A DNA stretch of 64,000 bases, taken from Bacilli bacterium. Lineage in GTDB: Bacteria > Bacillota_I > Bacilli_A > RF39 > UBA660. Location: contig JAFQXM010000007.1 in the NCBI GenBank assembly GCA_017406955.1, positions 80,729 through 144,728 of the forward strand, given 5' to 3'. The notes beneath the pieces are model-generated. The model searched no databases. It had not been told where the DNA came from and saw only the letters and a list, made by a program, of their open reading frames with translations. A program made the translations under genes and the position numbers. Positions 10,224-20,087 of the stretch are shown here, piece by piece. The stretch's first letter is position 1; the number at the start of each line of letters is the position of its first letter.

Positions 10224-11477
10224 ATGCAAATAATAGAAATTGAAGGACAAAAAAAATTAAGTGGAACAATAAGAATAAGTGGAGCTAAAAACGCAACAGT
10301 TGCTTTAATACCAGCAGCCATTTTAACAGATGAAACCGCAACTATATGCAATGTGCCAGAAATTACAGATACAGATGCATTATGCGATATTTTAGAAGAA
10401 TTAAATGTAGAAATCAAAAGGGCCAGTGAAAGTATTATAATAGATCCAACTAATATGGTGAATAAAGAGATATGTGAAGAACACTCTAGAAAACTAAGAG
10501 CTTCATATTACTTTATGGGAGCACTACTTGGAAAATATAAAAGAGCAGAAATGCATTTCCCAGGAGGATGTTCTATAGGTGCTAGACCAATAGACTTACA
10601 CTTAAAAGGGTTTGAAGCATTAGGAGCAAAAGTAACTAATGATAAAAACAAATATATAGTAGAAGCTGACGAATTAAAAGGAGCTAATATTTACTTAGAT
10701 TTTGCATCAGTAGGAGCAACAATAAATATTATGTTAGCAGCTGTTAAAGCAGAAGGAACAACAATTATAGATAATGCTGCTAAAGAGCCAGAAATAGTAA
10801 ATATCGCAACATTCTTAAACAATATGGGAGCTAAAATAACAGGAGCTGGAACATCTACTATAAAAATTATTGGAGTAGATAAATTACATAATTGTTTCCA
10901 TGAAGTAATACCAGATAGAATAGAAGCAGGAAGTTATATTATAATGGGCGCTTTATGTGGAAACAATTTAAAAATAGACAATATTATTCCAGAACATATA
11001 GATTCTTTAACATCAAAATTAGAAGAAATGGGAGTAGAACTAGAAATAGGAAGAGATTATGTAATGGTTTCTAGAGTAGAAGGGCTTAAATCTACTAATA
11101 TAAAAACAGCTGTTTATCCAGGATTTCCAACAGACTTACAACAACCTTTTACAGTATTATTAACTCAAAGTGAAGGGAAATCAAAGGTATTAGAAACTAT
11201 TTGGGAAAACAGATTTATGCATGTTCCATACTTAAATAATTTAGGAGCTGATATAACTGTTAAGAATCAAACAGCTACAATAATAGGCCCAAGAGACTTA
11301 AAAGGAACTACAGTAGTCGCAACAGACTTAAGAGCAGGAGCTGCTATGGTTGCGGCAGGATTAACTGCTTCAGGAAAAACAACTATTACAAATGTAGAAC
11401 ATATATTAAGAGGCTATGAACAAATAGTAGAAAAATTAAATAGTGTAGGTGCTAAAATAACATTAAAAGAAATATAA
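10224..11477 (+). CDS. murA: UDP-N-acetylglucosamine 1-carboxyvinyltransferase
   Basis: 417 aa. N-terminal KLSGTIRISGAKNA. EPT fold throughout. Confidence 0.9.
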   Translation: MQIIEIEGQKKLSGTIRISGAKNATVALIPAAILTDETATICNVPEITDTDALCDILEELNVEIKRASESIIIDPTNMVNKEICEEHSRKLRASYYFMGALLGKYKRAEMHFPGGCSIGARPIDLHLKGFEALGAKVTNDKNKYIVEADELKGANIYLDFASVGATINIMLAAVKAEGTTIIDNAAKEPEIVNIATFLNNMGAKITGAGTSTIKIIGVDKLHNCFHEVIPDRIEAGSYIIMGALCGNNLKIDNIIPEHIDSLTSKLEEMGVELEIGRDYVMVSRVEGLKSTNIKTAVYPGFPTDLQQPFTVLLTQSEGKSKVLETIWENRFMHVPYLNNLGADITVKNQTATIIGPRDLKGTTVVATDLRAGAAMVAAGLTASGKTTITNVEHILRGYEQIVEKLNSVGAKITLKEI

Positions 11478-11507
11478 TTAAATATATTTCTTTTTTTTGG
11501 AGGCACA

Positions 11508-12194
11508 ATGAAAATTATAATAAAACACAAAAAATTAATACTCTTATTAATAATAATTATATCAGTAGTATTAATATCTAAAATAAATATAAACAACAAT
11601 ATCTCTTACACTTCTTTAGGAGATGGATATGCTGAAGGAATAGACTCATATGGAGAAATAAATGGATATAACAAATACTTAAAAAAACATTTGAAAGAGA
11701 ATAAAAAACTAAATGACTATACTAATCTATCTAATAAAGATATGTCCATAAATGAATTATATACAAATATACTAATCAACAAAAATAATATAAAACAAAA
11801 ATTACGAGAAAGTAAAATAGTTACTTTATCTATTGGATTAAATGATTTAAGATATAAACTAAGTATTACTAATAATATAAATGATTATAAATTAAATAAA
11901 ATAATTAATGATATAAATATAGACATAAATAAACTATTAACAGAAATTTCTAAGTATCATAAACATCTAATATATGTAATTGGTTACTATTATAAAGATA
12001 ATGATGATATATATTTAGTTAAAGGAATTAAAAGAATAAATAAATTATATAAAAAGAAAAATATAATATATATTCATGATAAATCCATTCAAAAGAATAA
12101 TAAAAAGTATTTAATAAATCCAAATAATATATATTTAAATAAGGAAGGATATAATCTATTAGGATTAAAATTAGTAAAAAAACTTGAAAAATAA
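11508..12194 (+). CDS. Hypothetical membrane-anchored protein, possibly an SGNH/GDSL-like hydrolase
   Basis: N-terminal TM helix. SLGDGYAEG near the N-terminus and LSIGLNDL resemble SGNH blocks I and III. Weak. Confidence 0.35.
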   Translation: MKIIIKHKKLILLLIIIISVVLISKININNNISYTSLGDGYAEGIDSYGEINGYNKYLKKHLKENKKLNDYTNLSNKDMSINELYTNILINKNNIKQKLRESKIVTLSIGLNDLRYKLSITNNINDYKLNKIINDINIDINKLLTEISKYHKHLIYVIGYYYKDNDDIYLVKGIKRINKLYKKKNIIYIHDKSIQKNNKKYLINPNNIYLNKEGYNLLGLKLVKKLEK

Positions 12195-12267
12195 AGAAAA
12201 AGTTGCTATACTAATATGCGAATTGAATTACTATGACTAATTAAGTCATGGCGGAAGGAGAGATAGT

Positions 12268-12480
12268 ATGAAAAAGGGTATACATCCAGAAATGAAAGAT
12301 TGTAAGGTTACATGTGCATGTGGAGAAACATTTACTTGTAAGTCAGTAAAAGATGAAATGACTGTAGAAGTTTGTTCTAAATGTCATCCATTCTATACTG
12401 GACAACAAAGTAGAGCATCTCGTGCAGGACGTGTTGATAAATTTAACAAAAAATATGGATTTGATAAGAAAGCTGCTTAA
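12268..12480 (+). CDS. rpmE: 50S ribosomal protein L31, zinc-binding type
   Basis: [22 protein letters not shown]...[12 protein letters not shown]. It has the CxxC...CxxC zinc ribbon. Confidence 0.9.
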   Translation: MKKGIHPEMKDCKVTCACGETFTCKSVKDEMTVEVCSKCHPFYTGQQSRASRAGRVDKFNKKYGFDKKAA

Positions 12481-12542
12481 AAAAGCAGTTTTTATTTTTA
12501 TAAAAAAATGTTATTATAAAGATATAAGTAAAGGAGAATAAT

Positions 12543-12986
12543 ATGAAAATAGGAATAGCTAATGATCATAGAGGATTAATTTTAAAAAATTATTTAGAAA
12601 AAGAATTAGAAAAAATTGGTTATACAGTAGTCAATTATGGTACAAATGCTATAGAATCAGTGGATTATCCAGATTTTGCTTTTAAATTAGGAGAAGACGT
12701 AGCTACTAAAAAAGTGGATTTTGGAATTGCTATATGTGGTTCTGGTATTGGAATAAGTATAGCTTGTAATAAAGTTAAAGGAGTTAGGTGTGCTAAAGTA
12801 TCTAATATAGAAGAAGCTAAATATACAAGAGAAGATAATGATTCTAATATAGTTGCTTTTGGAGAAAAAACTCCTAAAGAAGAAGCTATAGAAATAGTTA
12901 AAACATTTATTAATACACCATTTTCTAATTTAGATAAACATATCAATAGAATAAATAAAATAACTAATTATGAGGAGAATAAATAA
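12543..12986 (+). CDS. rpiB: Ribose-5-phosphate isomerase B
   Basis: MKIGIANDHRG and the catalytic CGSGIGISIACNK region. Confidence 0.85.
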   Translation: MKIGIANDHRGLILKNYLEKELEKIGYTVVNYGTNAIESVDYPDFAFKLGEDVATKKVDFGIAICGSGIGISIACNKVKGVRCAKVSNIEEAKYTREDNDSNIVAFGEKTPKEEAIEIVKTFINTPFSNLDKHINRINKITNYEENK

Positions 12987-13183
12987 TGTTAGGTAAATTA
13001 TTATTATATGTACTTGTAACTATGTTAGTTATTTGGGCAATGGATTCAGTTAATATAAATAAATTTTTTAAAAAAGATAAAATTGTTCAAGCAAGAGTAT
13101 TTTACTTTTTATTAGGAATATCTTTGATATATTTAGTAACTAATTTTATTATGGATTTATTTAGTGTATCAAAAATTTTCTAA
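12986..13183 (+). CDS. Small hypothetical membrane protein (65 aa)
   Basis: ATGA overlap with the rpiB stop. Two predicted TM helices. Confidence 0.3.
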   Translation: MLGKLLLYVLVTMLVIWAMDSVNINKFFKKDKIVQARVFYFLLGISLIYLVTNFIMDLFSVSKIF

Positions 13184-13204
13184 AAGAAGTATAATTCTTT
13201 TTTT

Positions 13205-13870
13205 TTGGTTAAAACTTATAATGAGGTGAATAAAATGAAAAGAAAAAAATTAAAGTCTTATGTGTTGCCTAGTTTATTGATGATGTTAATTGCAGGAACA
13301 ATTCTTTTAACTGCCATAACAACATCATTAAATAAAAATAATGAAGAAGATACTTCTACATATGTATCAAGAATTATCTTAGAACCAGATGTTGCGGTAA
13401 TTAATGATTCTAGAAAAGTAATTAATCCATATACAGATTCATCAGTAACAATAGGTAAAAGCTATTATGATTATAAGGCAGATGCTAAAGATCAAGAGAA
13501 ATCAATTATCTATCATGATAATACGTATATGCAGAACTCTGGAATTGATTTTGTAAACAAAAATACTTTTGATGTAGTATCAGTACTAGATGGCACAGTA
13601 ACAGATGTAAAAGAAGATGAAACATTAGGTAAAATAGTAGAAATAAAACATGATAATGACTATATTAGTATTTACCAAAGTCTATCAGAAGTAAATGTAA
13701 AAAAAGGAGATAAAGTAACACAAGGACAAGTACTTGGAAAGAGTGGAAATAATGAATTAGATAAAGAAATGGGAAATCACTTACATTTTGAATTTTATGT
13801 AAATGGACAAGTAGTAAATCCAAGTCTTTATCTTGATAAAGAGCTAAAAAGTGATAAAACAAAAGAGTAA
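13205..13870 (+). CDS. Membrane-anchored M23 (LytM) family peptidase; SpoIIQ-like by context
   Basis: N-terminal TM. C-terminal M23 motif HLHFEFYVNGQVVNP. Sits immediately upstream of mreB/mbl, as spoIIQ does in clostridia. A hairpin terminator follows. Confidence 0.55.
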   Translation: MVKTYNEVNKMKRKKLKSYVLPSLLMMLIAGTILLTAITTSLNKNNEEDTSTYVSRIILEPDVAVINDSRKVINPYTDSSVTIGKSYYDYKADAKDQEKSIIYHDNTYMQNSGIDFVNKNTFDVVSVLDGTVTDVKEDETLGKIVEIKHDNDYISIYQSLSEVNVKKGDKVTQGQVLGKSGNNELDKEMGNHLHFEFYVNGQVVNPSLYLDKELKSDKTKE

Positions 13871-13970
13871 AAAGCTCTTTTTTTCATAAAAGAAATAAAA
13901 TTTAATATATTGTATTATAATTATGAAAAAGTGTGATAAAATAATAGTGACAAAAGGAAGTGAACAAAAT

Positions 13971-14969
13971 ATGTTGGCAAAAGATATAGGAATTGATTTA
14001 GGTACAGCAAATGTTTTAATTTATATAAAAGGTCAAGGTATAGTATTAAATGAACCTAGTATAGTAGCAATTGATATGGATAGTAAAAACGTTATTGCAG
14101 TTGGTACTGAAGCAAATGAGATGCTAGGTAGAACACCAGGTAAAGTAAAAGCTATTAAACCTATGAAAGATGGAGTTATAGCTGATTTTGAAATTACAGA
14201 AATAATGTTAAATAGTTTTATTAAAAAGATAAAAGCTAAAAATTTATTTTCTAGACCAAGAATATTAATATGTTGTCCTACCAATATTACACCTGTTGAA
14301 AAAAATGCTATTAAAGAAGCAGCAGAAAGAACAGGAGCAAGAAGAGTATATATAGAAGAAGAACCAAAAGTAGCTGCTATTGGGGCAGGAATGAATATAT
14401 CAAAACCAACAGCTAATATGGTCATAGATATTGGAGGAGGAACTACTGATATTGCTATACTTTCCTTAAATGATATAGTAACTTCCACATCAGTAAGAAT
14501 AGCTGGCAATGTATTTGATCAAGATATAATAAAATATATAAAAGAAAAGTATAAATTACTAATTGGGGAAAGAACAGCCGAAGATATAAAAATAAACTTT
14601 GCTAATATATTTAAACCAAGTAAAAAAGAAAAACTTGAGATTAAAGGAAGAAATTTAATAACAGGGCTTCCTCATACTATAGAAATAACACAGGAAGAAA
14701 CAGAAGAAGCACTACATGAAAGTATTTTCAAAATCATAAAAGCAACAACTAATGTTTTAGAACAAACGCCACCTGAACTATCTGGAGATATTGTAGATAA
14801 AGGAATAGTTTTAACCGGAGGAGGAGCTATGCTACAAGGATTACCTGAACTTTTTGAACAAGAATTAAAAGTACCAGTATTAATTGCAGATTCACCACTT
14901 ACATGTGTAGTAGAAGGTACTGGAACACTTCTTGATGATATTAAATTATTAGAAAGAAACCAATATTAA
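13971..14969 (+). CDS. mreB: Rod shape-determining protein MreB/Mbl
   Basis: Actin-like ATPase. N-terminal KDIGIDLGTANVLIY. Start chosen at the ATG giving MLAKDIG (the track ORF starts 48 nt earlier). Confidence 0.85.
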   Translation: MLAKDIGIDLGTANVLIYIKGQGIVLNEPSIVAIDMDSKNVIAVGTEANEMLGRTPGKVKAIKPMKDGVIADFEITEIMLNSFIKKIKAKNLFSRPRILICCPTNITPVEKNAIKEAAERTGARRVYIEEEPKVAAIGAGMNISKPTANMVIDIGGGTTDIAILSLNDIVTSTSVRIAGNVFDQDIIKYIKEKYKLLIGERTAEDIKINFANIFKPSKKEKLEIKGRNLITGLPHTIEITQEETEEALHESIFKIIKATTNVLEQTPPELSGDIVDKGIVLTGGGAMLQGLPELFEQELKVPVLIADSPLTCVVEGTGTLLDDIKLLERNQY

Positions 14970-15028
14970 TTGGTTTTTCTTTTACATTAAAACTAAATTT
15001 GATATAATCAATATAGGAAGTGAGATAA

Positions 15029-16132
15029 ATGAAAGAACAAATACTAGATGCTAGTAAGATAGTATTAGTTACATTTTTAGTTTCAGCTTTAATTATGCCA
15101 TTAATGAAAAGAGTAGCTATTCATGTAGGAGCAATAGATGTTCCTAGAAAAAAAGAAAATAGTAGACATATACATACAAAAACAACTCCATTATTAGGAG
15201 CAGTAGGAATATTTTTAGCATTCCTAGTAGGATATATGTTATTTGGAGAACAAAGTGTAAGAATGAATTCCATTTTAATTGGTAGTTTTATAATAATACT
15301 TACAGGAATAGTAGATGATATTAAACCTATAAAAGCACATCAAAAAGTAGTAGGACACTTAGCAGCAGCAGCAGTTATAGTGTTCTATGGAAAAATATTA
15401 CTAAATAATATAACAGTTTTTGGATTCTCATTTGATTTTGGTTCTTTATCACCAATAATCACTATATTATTCATAGTAGCTTGTACTAATATTATAAATT
15501 TAATAGATGGATTAGATGGACTAAGTGGCGGAATTTGTTCTATATTCTTCTTAACTATTGGAATTATAGGCTTTTGCCAAGGAAGATCAGGAAGTCTAGT
15601 TATGATTTTAACTTTTATAATGTTAGGATCAACTTTAGGTTTCTTATTACACAACTTTTATCCCGCTAAAATATTTGCTGGAGATTGTGCTACATTCTTA
15701 GGATTTATAATAGCAGTAATAACATTATTAGAGTTTAAAGGAGCTGCACTAACATCATTCTTTGTACCAGTAATGATATTAGGTATACCAATATTAGATA
15801 CATTATTCGCAATTATAAGAAGACTATTAAAAGGTCAAGATCCATTTAAAGGAGATAGAAAACATCTTCATCATCAATTATTAGGAATGAACTTCTCACA
15901 GAGAACAACAGTATTAATTATATATGGAATAAATACATTATTTGCTTTATCATCAATATTTTATACATTAAAAGATCAATTAATAGGTGAAATACTATAT
16001 ATAATTATATTTATAATAGTATTATGGTTTGTACTACACACAACTATAATTTCAGATAAAACCCCAAAAAGAACAAAAAAAATAAGAGAAAAATTATCAA
16101 TAAGAAAGAAAAGAAAAAATACTAAAAAATAG
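15029..16132 (+). CDS. tagO: Glycosyltransferase family 4 (MraY/WecA/TagO-like undecaprenyl-phosphate N-acetylhexosamine-1-phosphate transferase)
   Basis: Eleven-TM topology. NLIDGLDGL motif. Cytoplasmic loop DCATFLGF. Confidence 0.75.
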   Translation: MKEQILDASKIVLVTFLVSALIMPLMKRVAIHVGAIDVPRKKENSRHIHTKTTPLLGAVGIFLAFLVGYMLFGEQSVRMNSILIGSFIIILTGIVDDIKPIKAHQKVVGHLAAAAVIVFYGKILLNNITVFGFSFDFGSLSPIITILFIVACTNIINLIDGLDGLSGGICSIFFLTIGIIGFCQGRSGSLVMILTFIMLGSTLGFLLHNFYPAKIFAGDCATFLGFIIAVITLLEFKGAALTSFFVPVMILGIPILDTLFAIIRRLLKGQDPFKGDRKHLHHQLLGMNFSQRTTVLIIYGINTLFALSSIFYTLKDQLIGEILYIIIFIIVLWFVLHTTIISDKTPKRTKKIREKLSIRKKRKNTKK

Positions 16133-16201
16133 TATTTTTTTTATAATATATATTTAAAAAATGGAAAAATATGGTAAAATTATAATCGTGCAGGTGATTA
16201 T

Positions 16202-16933
16202 ATGATAAATTTTATAGTATGTGAAGATATAAAAGAGTTATCTAATAAATATAAACAAGAAATAGATAAATTCATGATGAAATATGATATAGATTATAAG
16301 TGTCATATGTATACAGATTATGGTAAAGAATGGCAAAGTATTGCTAAAAAGGAAATGGGATTTAAAATATATTTACTTGATATAGTAACCAAAAATGGTT
16401 CAGGATTAGATGCCGCAAGACTAATAAGAGAAGAATATGATGATTGGTCATCTATGATTATTATAATAACTTCATATCCGGAATATAAATATGAAGCACT
16501 AGGTAAAAGACTAATGTTAGTAGACTTTATAAGTAAAGTAGATAATTGTGAGAAAAAACTTCAAGATGCTTTCTTAATATGTATGAAAAATTATGATAAG
16601 AAATATAAGAGTCTAAAATATACTTATAAAAATACAGTTTATAACTTAGAATTTAGAAATATAATTTCTATTGAAAAAGAACAAGATAGTAAAAGATGTT
16701 TAATAAAAACAATCCATGGTAATTATTATATTCCAGGAAGTCTAAATCAAGTATTAAAGAAATTAGATAAAAGATTCTTTAAATGTCACAGAAGTATGGC
16801 AGTAAATATTAATCAAATAGAAAGATATAACCAAAAGAAGAATACAATATATTTTAAAAATGAAACTAAATCAACATTAGTTGCACGAAACAAAAAGAAG
16901 GAGTTGATGGATCGTGTTAGAAGTCTTAACTAA
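16202..16933 (+). CDS. agrA: AgrA-like two-component response regulator with a LytTR DNA-binding domain
   Basis: Receiver-domain landmarks: CED, LLDI (phospho-Asp), IIIITSYPEY, K. C-terminal LytTR domain (IYFKNETKSTLVARNK). Adjacent to the kinase and to agrBD. Confidence 0.7.
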   Translation: MINFIVCEDIKELSNKYKQEIDKFMMKYDIDYKCHMYTDYGKEWQSIAKKEMGFKIYLLDIVTKNGSGLDAARLIREEYDDWSSMIIIITSYPEYKYEALGKRLMLVDFISKVDNCEKKLQDAFLICMKNYDKKYKSLKYTYKNTVYNLEFRNIISIEKEQDSKRCLIKTIHGNYYIPGSLNQVLKKLDKRFFKCHRSMAVNINQIERYNQKKNTIYFKNETKSTLVARNKKKELMDRVRSLN

Positions 16934-18212
16934 ATTAATTTGTTTTATTTTGATGAGTGTAGTAGGTTTTTATATAATAAGGATAATTATAAATAGCAAG
17001 GAAAAAATCACCAGTATAAAAAACATATTATTATTAACAATCCCAACTATAATACCTTTCTTTTTGTATAAAATCCAATATACAGGATTATATACGTTGA
17101 TAACATATTTAATAAATATATTTATATACAAATATATATTTAAAGAAAAAATTATAGAGAGTATTATTTCGACCAGTTTATTAATGATAATTTTATTCTT
17201 ATCAGATGTAATCAATTCTTTAATATATGTGCCTTTCTTTCAAATAAGTGATATACGAGGAATATGGTATCTAAGATTAATAGGAAATATAACTTTATCT
17301 CTTATTTGCGTTGGTTTTTTAGAAATTAAGCAATTTAGAAATTTAATTCAAAAAATATATAAAAAGCTATCTACTAGAAGATACAGAACAAGTATATTGT
17401 TTGTTGTCTTGATTATTTCAGTTTTTACAATAATAGAGTATAATTTTGCAATTAAATTTAAATTGGGTTCAGAGTTTTTTATTAATATATTTTTAGTAAT
17501 AATATTTACTTTTTTAATGTCTCTTTTTATAAGGGAAAAAGATAATAATGATAGATTGGCAAGCGAATATGATAATTTATTTAATTATATTCAAAACTTT
17601 GAAGATTGGATTGAAAAAGAACAATTAAATAGACACGAATATAAAAATCAATTAGCGGTTCTTAGGGATATAACAAAAGAAAAGACTACAAGAGCTAAAA
17701 TTGATGAAATATTAGAGGATAATATTAATTTAGAAGGGGAAGTACTTAATCAACTTAAGACATTACCTAAAGGTGGTATAAAGGGTTTAATGTACTATAA
17801 ACTAGTAATTGCTCAAAAAAATAAAATTGATCTTACTGTAGACGTTAGTATAAAGAGAAAATCAATTTTAAATAAATTGTCAGAAAAGCAAATAAGAGAT
17901 TTATGTAAATTAATAGGAATATATTTTGATAATGCTATTGAAGCGGCCAGTGAAACTAGAAAGAAGAGAGTTTTGGTTGAAGTATATGAATTAAAGGATA
18001 AGGTTAATATAGTGTTTTCTAATACATTTAAGAAAAACAATAATTTCGATAATAGAAACAAAAAAGGTGTTTCTTCAAAAGGAGATGGACACGGAAATGG
18101 ATTATATTTTGCTAAAAAGTTAATTTCAAAAAATGAATGGTTAAAAGAGAAACAAGAGATAATAGATGGTTATTACATAGAGCAATTAAGTATATTAAAA
18201 CTAGAGAAATAA
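16914..18212 (+). CDS. agrC: AgrC-like membrane sensor histidine kinase (HPK10 / GHKL)
   Basis: Polytopic N-terminus with 6-7 TM helices. H-box NRHEYKNQLAVLRDI. C-terminal ATPase G-box GDGHGNGLYFAKKLI. Overlaps the response-regulator stop by 20 nt. Confidence 0.7.
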   Translation: MLEVLTKLICFILMSVVGFYIIRIIINSKEKITSIKNILLLTIPTIIPFFLYKIQYTGLYTLITYLINIFIYKYIFKEKIIESIISTSLLMIILFLSDVINSLIYVPFFQISDIRGIWYLRLIGNITLSLICVGFLEIKQFRNLIQKIYKKLSTRRYRTSILFVVLIISVFTIIEYNFAIKFKLGSEFFINIFLVIIFTFLMSLFIREKDNNDRLASEYDNLFNYIQNFEDWIEKEQLNRHEYKNQLAVLRDITKEKTTRAKIDEILEDNINLEGEVLNQLKTLPKGGIKGLMYYKLVIAQKNKIDLTVDVSIKRKSILNKLSEKQIRDLCKLIGIYFDNAIEAASETRKKRVLVEVYELKDKVNIVFSNTFKKNNNFDNRNKKGVSSKGDGHGNGLYFAKKLISKNEWLKEKQEIIDGYYIEQLSILKLEK

Positions 18213-18225
18213 AAAGCTCTAGTTT

Positions 18226-18345
18226 TTAGTCATTAAATAAGTTGTTTGCTTTTGGTTCGTCAATTAACCACCAAACACATCCTACACTTGCAGCAGTAGT
18301 AGCTAACATAGCAACAGCTGCAAAAATTCCAGCTAATCTTTTCAC
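18226..18345 (-). CDS. agrD: AgrD autoinducing-peptide precursor (39 aa; below the ORF-track cutoff)
   Basis: Minus-strand GGAGGG-N6-GTG start. Translation is MKRLAGIFAAVAMLATTAASVGCVWWLIDEPKANNLFND. It has an amphipathic leader, then Cys followed by 4 residues (CVWWL), then the conserved acidic tail with EP, as in clostridial AgrD. It lies 43 nt downstream of agrB. Confidence 0.6.
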   Translation of the reverse strand: MKRLAGIFAAVAMLATTAASVGCVWWLIDEPKANNLFND

Positions 18346-18388
18346 TCTCTTCCCTCCTTTTATTCTATATTGCTAAATACTTCAGTAT

Positions 18389-18988
18389 TTATGCCGTGTT
18401 TAAATTTTTATAATTATTATATGGTTGTCCAAATAATCTATAAGTTAATGGGTTAATTACAATTACTTCAATAATTAAACTTGATAATATAAGTGATGTT
18501 AAATAATTGTTTTTAAATACTATTATTAATATAGTAAATATAATTCCAATAAGAGTAGTTAATATTTTTCTAATTACTCTTTTTCTTTTGTTTGGAAGAG
18601 GTCTTTTTATTGTATCTGCAGGTGCAAATAATAAATAATTAAATATGCAAATTATAGAAATAATAATTTTTAATTCAAATGAAATATTAATTTTCAAAAA
18701 CAATAATGGAATACAAATAAAATTAATTATTGAAGATATTAAACATTGGTAACTCTTTTCAGCGTGAAATCCAAAACCTGTATATCTAATAATATTAAAT
18801 AAAATAATAACAATAATGACTTCTTTAAGTATTCCTAATAATATAGCTAAAAGTATAATAACTATTGTCTTAGTCACAGTTAAATATAATCCTTCTAAAC
18901 CATATTTAAGCTTTTCTATATCTTTTTTAGAGTATTTCTTATATTTAGTGATAAAATTTATACTTTTATCTAAAAACCATTTTTTCAT
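18389..18988 (-). CDS. agrB: AgrB, the AgrD-processing membrane peptidase
   Basis: Conserved catalytic His/Cys region NIIRYTGFGFHAEKSYQCLISS (family R.Y.GG.HA.....C..S). Multiple TM helices. Start placed at MKKWFLDK with a GGAGGG SD; the track ORF extends 132 nt upstream. Confidence 0.75.
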   Translation of the reverse strand: MKKWFLDKSINFITKYKKYSKKDIEKLKYGLEGLYLTVTKTIVIILLAILLGILKEVIIVIILFNIIRYTGFGFHAEKSYQCLISSIINFICIPLLFLKINISFELKIIISIICIFNYLLFAPADTIKRPLPNKRKRVIRKILTTLIGIIFTILIIVFKNNYLTSLILSSLIIEVIVINPLTYRLFGQPYNNYKNLNTA

Positions 18989-19211
18989 ATACCCTCCATA
19001 TTCACCTAGACTATAGCACTCAAACTTATCTAAAAAATAATATTTCCTTAAAAAGAATAATAGAAAATAGTTGTGTCGAATTTTGTCGAAAACAAAAGTA
19101 AAATTACCAAAAAATACCAAAAGTAATACATATTATGGAATTTGCATTTACGAGTTTTATAATTTGCTAGAATTAATTTACCAGATAGGTAGAAGGAGAG
19201 GTGTGAGAAGT

Positions 19212-19433
19212 ATGATGTTTGGACACGTAAAGTGGTTCAATAATGAAAAAGGATACGGCTTTATAGAGTACAAGACAGATGAAGATGTCTTTGTTCATTA
19301 CTCAGCTATTGATATTGACGGCTATAAAACACTATCCGAAGGGCAGTTGGTAGAATTTAAGTTGGTTGAAACTAGCAAAGGGTATCAAGCTTTAAATGTG
19401 AAATTAGTAAAAGAAACTGCTGACATTAAGTAG
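19212..19433 (+). CDS. csp: Cold-shock protein (CspA family)
   Basis: [23 protein letters not shown]1-like KGYGFI and VFVHYSAI. Start placed at the internal ATG after the GGAGAGG SD; the track ORF has a spurious N-terminal extension. Confidence 0.85.
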   Translation: MMFGHVKWFNNEKGYGFIEYKTDEDVFVHYSAIDIDGYKTLSEGQLVEFKLVETSKGYQALNVKLVKETADIK

Positions 19434-19471
19434 TAGGTTGTGCTATACTAAACATATAAGGAGATGATATT

Positions 19472-19999
19472 ATGGAAATTATTATTCATGGGGATAAGAT
19501 CAAAGTTACTGATGCTATGAAGGAGTATATTAAAGAAAAATTACAGAAGCTAGACAAGTATCTAGAAAATAGTGATAATGTAAGAGCTAATGTCATAGTA
19601 AAAGTAAAGAATTATACTCAAAGAGTAGAAATTACCATACCGCTAAAAACATTTATTTTAAGATCAGAAGAACAACAAGAAGATTTCTATGCAGCTGTTG
19701 ATAAAACAATTGATAAGTTAGAAAGACAAATAAGAAAGAATAAGACAAAAATGATGTCTAAACATGTTAAAGTTAGTCAAGATTTCAATTTTGCTTCTTT
19801 TGATTCAGACGAAGATGATGAAAAGAAAATCGTTAAGAGAAAGAAAGTAGAAGTAAAACCAATGAATGAAGAAGAGGCTATAATTCAAATGGAACTTTTA
19901 GGTCATCAATTTTATATGTATAAAGATAGCGAAACTAATAAACCTGCTGTAGTATACAAAAGAAAAGACGAACATTATGGAATAATTGAGTCTGAATAA
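19472..19999 (+). CDS. hpf: Ribosome hibernation-promoting factor, long form
   Basis: S30AE N-terminus MEIIIHGDKIKVTDAMKEYIKEKL. C-terminal dimerisation domain. Located upstream of secA, as in other Firmicutes. Confidence 0.85.
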   Translation: MEIIIHGDKIKVTDAMKEYIKEKLQKLDKYLENSDNVRANVIVKVKNYTQRVEITIPLKTFILRSEEQQEDFYAAVDKTIDKLERQIRKNKTKMMSKHVKVSQDFNFASFDSDEDDEKKIVKRKKVEVKPMNEEEAIIQMELLGHQFYMYKDSETNKPAVVYKRKDEHYGIIESE

Positions 20000-20087
20000 G
20001 AAAAAGAGATAAGAATAAAAAAAAGAAAGAATAACCTTTAAAACTTTCTTTTTTTTTGGTAAAATATATAAATGAGGAGATGACACA

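Noticed and set aside
12195-12267. Hairpin ATGACT-aatta-AGTCAT upstream of rpmE as a possible Zur box
   Set aside because: This L31 is the zinc-ribbon (C+) form, which is not normally Zur-regulated. The palindrome is short and does not match the Zur consensus.
18816-19016. Plus-strand 66-aa ORF
   Set aside because: It lies inside agrB on the opposite strand.
19071-19211. N-terminal 47-residue extension of the cold-shock protein. Similar upstream extensions were proposed by the track for mreB (13923), proS (47324), agrB (to 19120), prmC (6331) and rnr (49422).
   Set aside because: In each case an internal start codon with a proper SD gives the canonical family N-terminus, and the extension runs through promoter or leader sequence.
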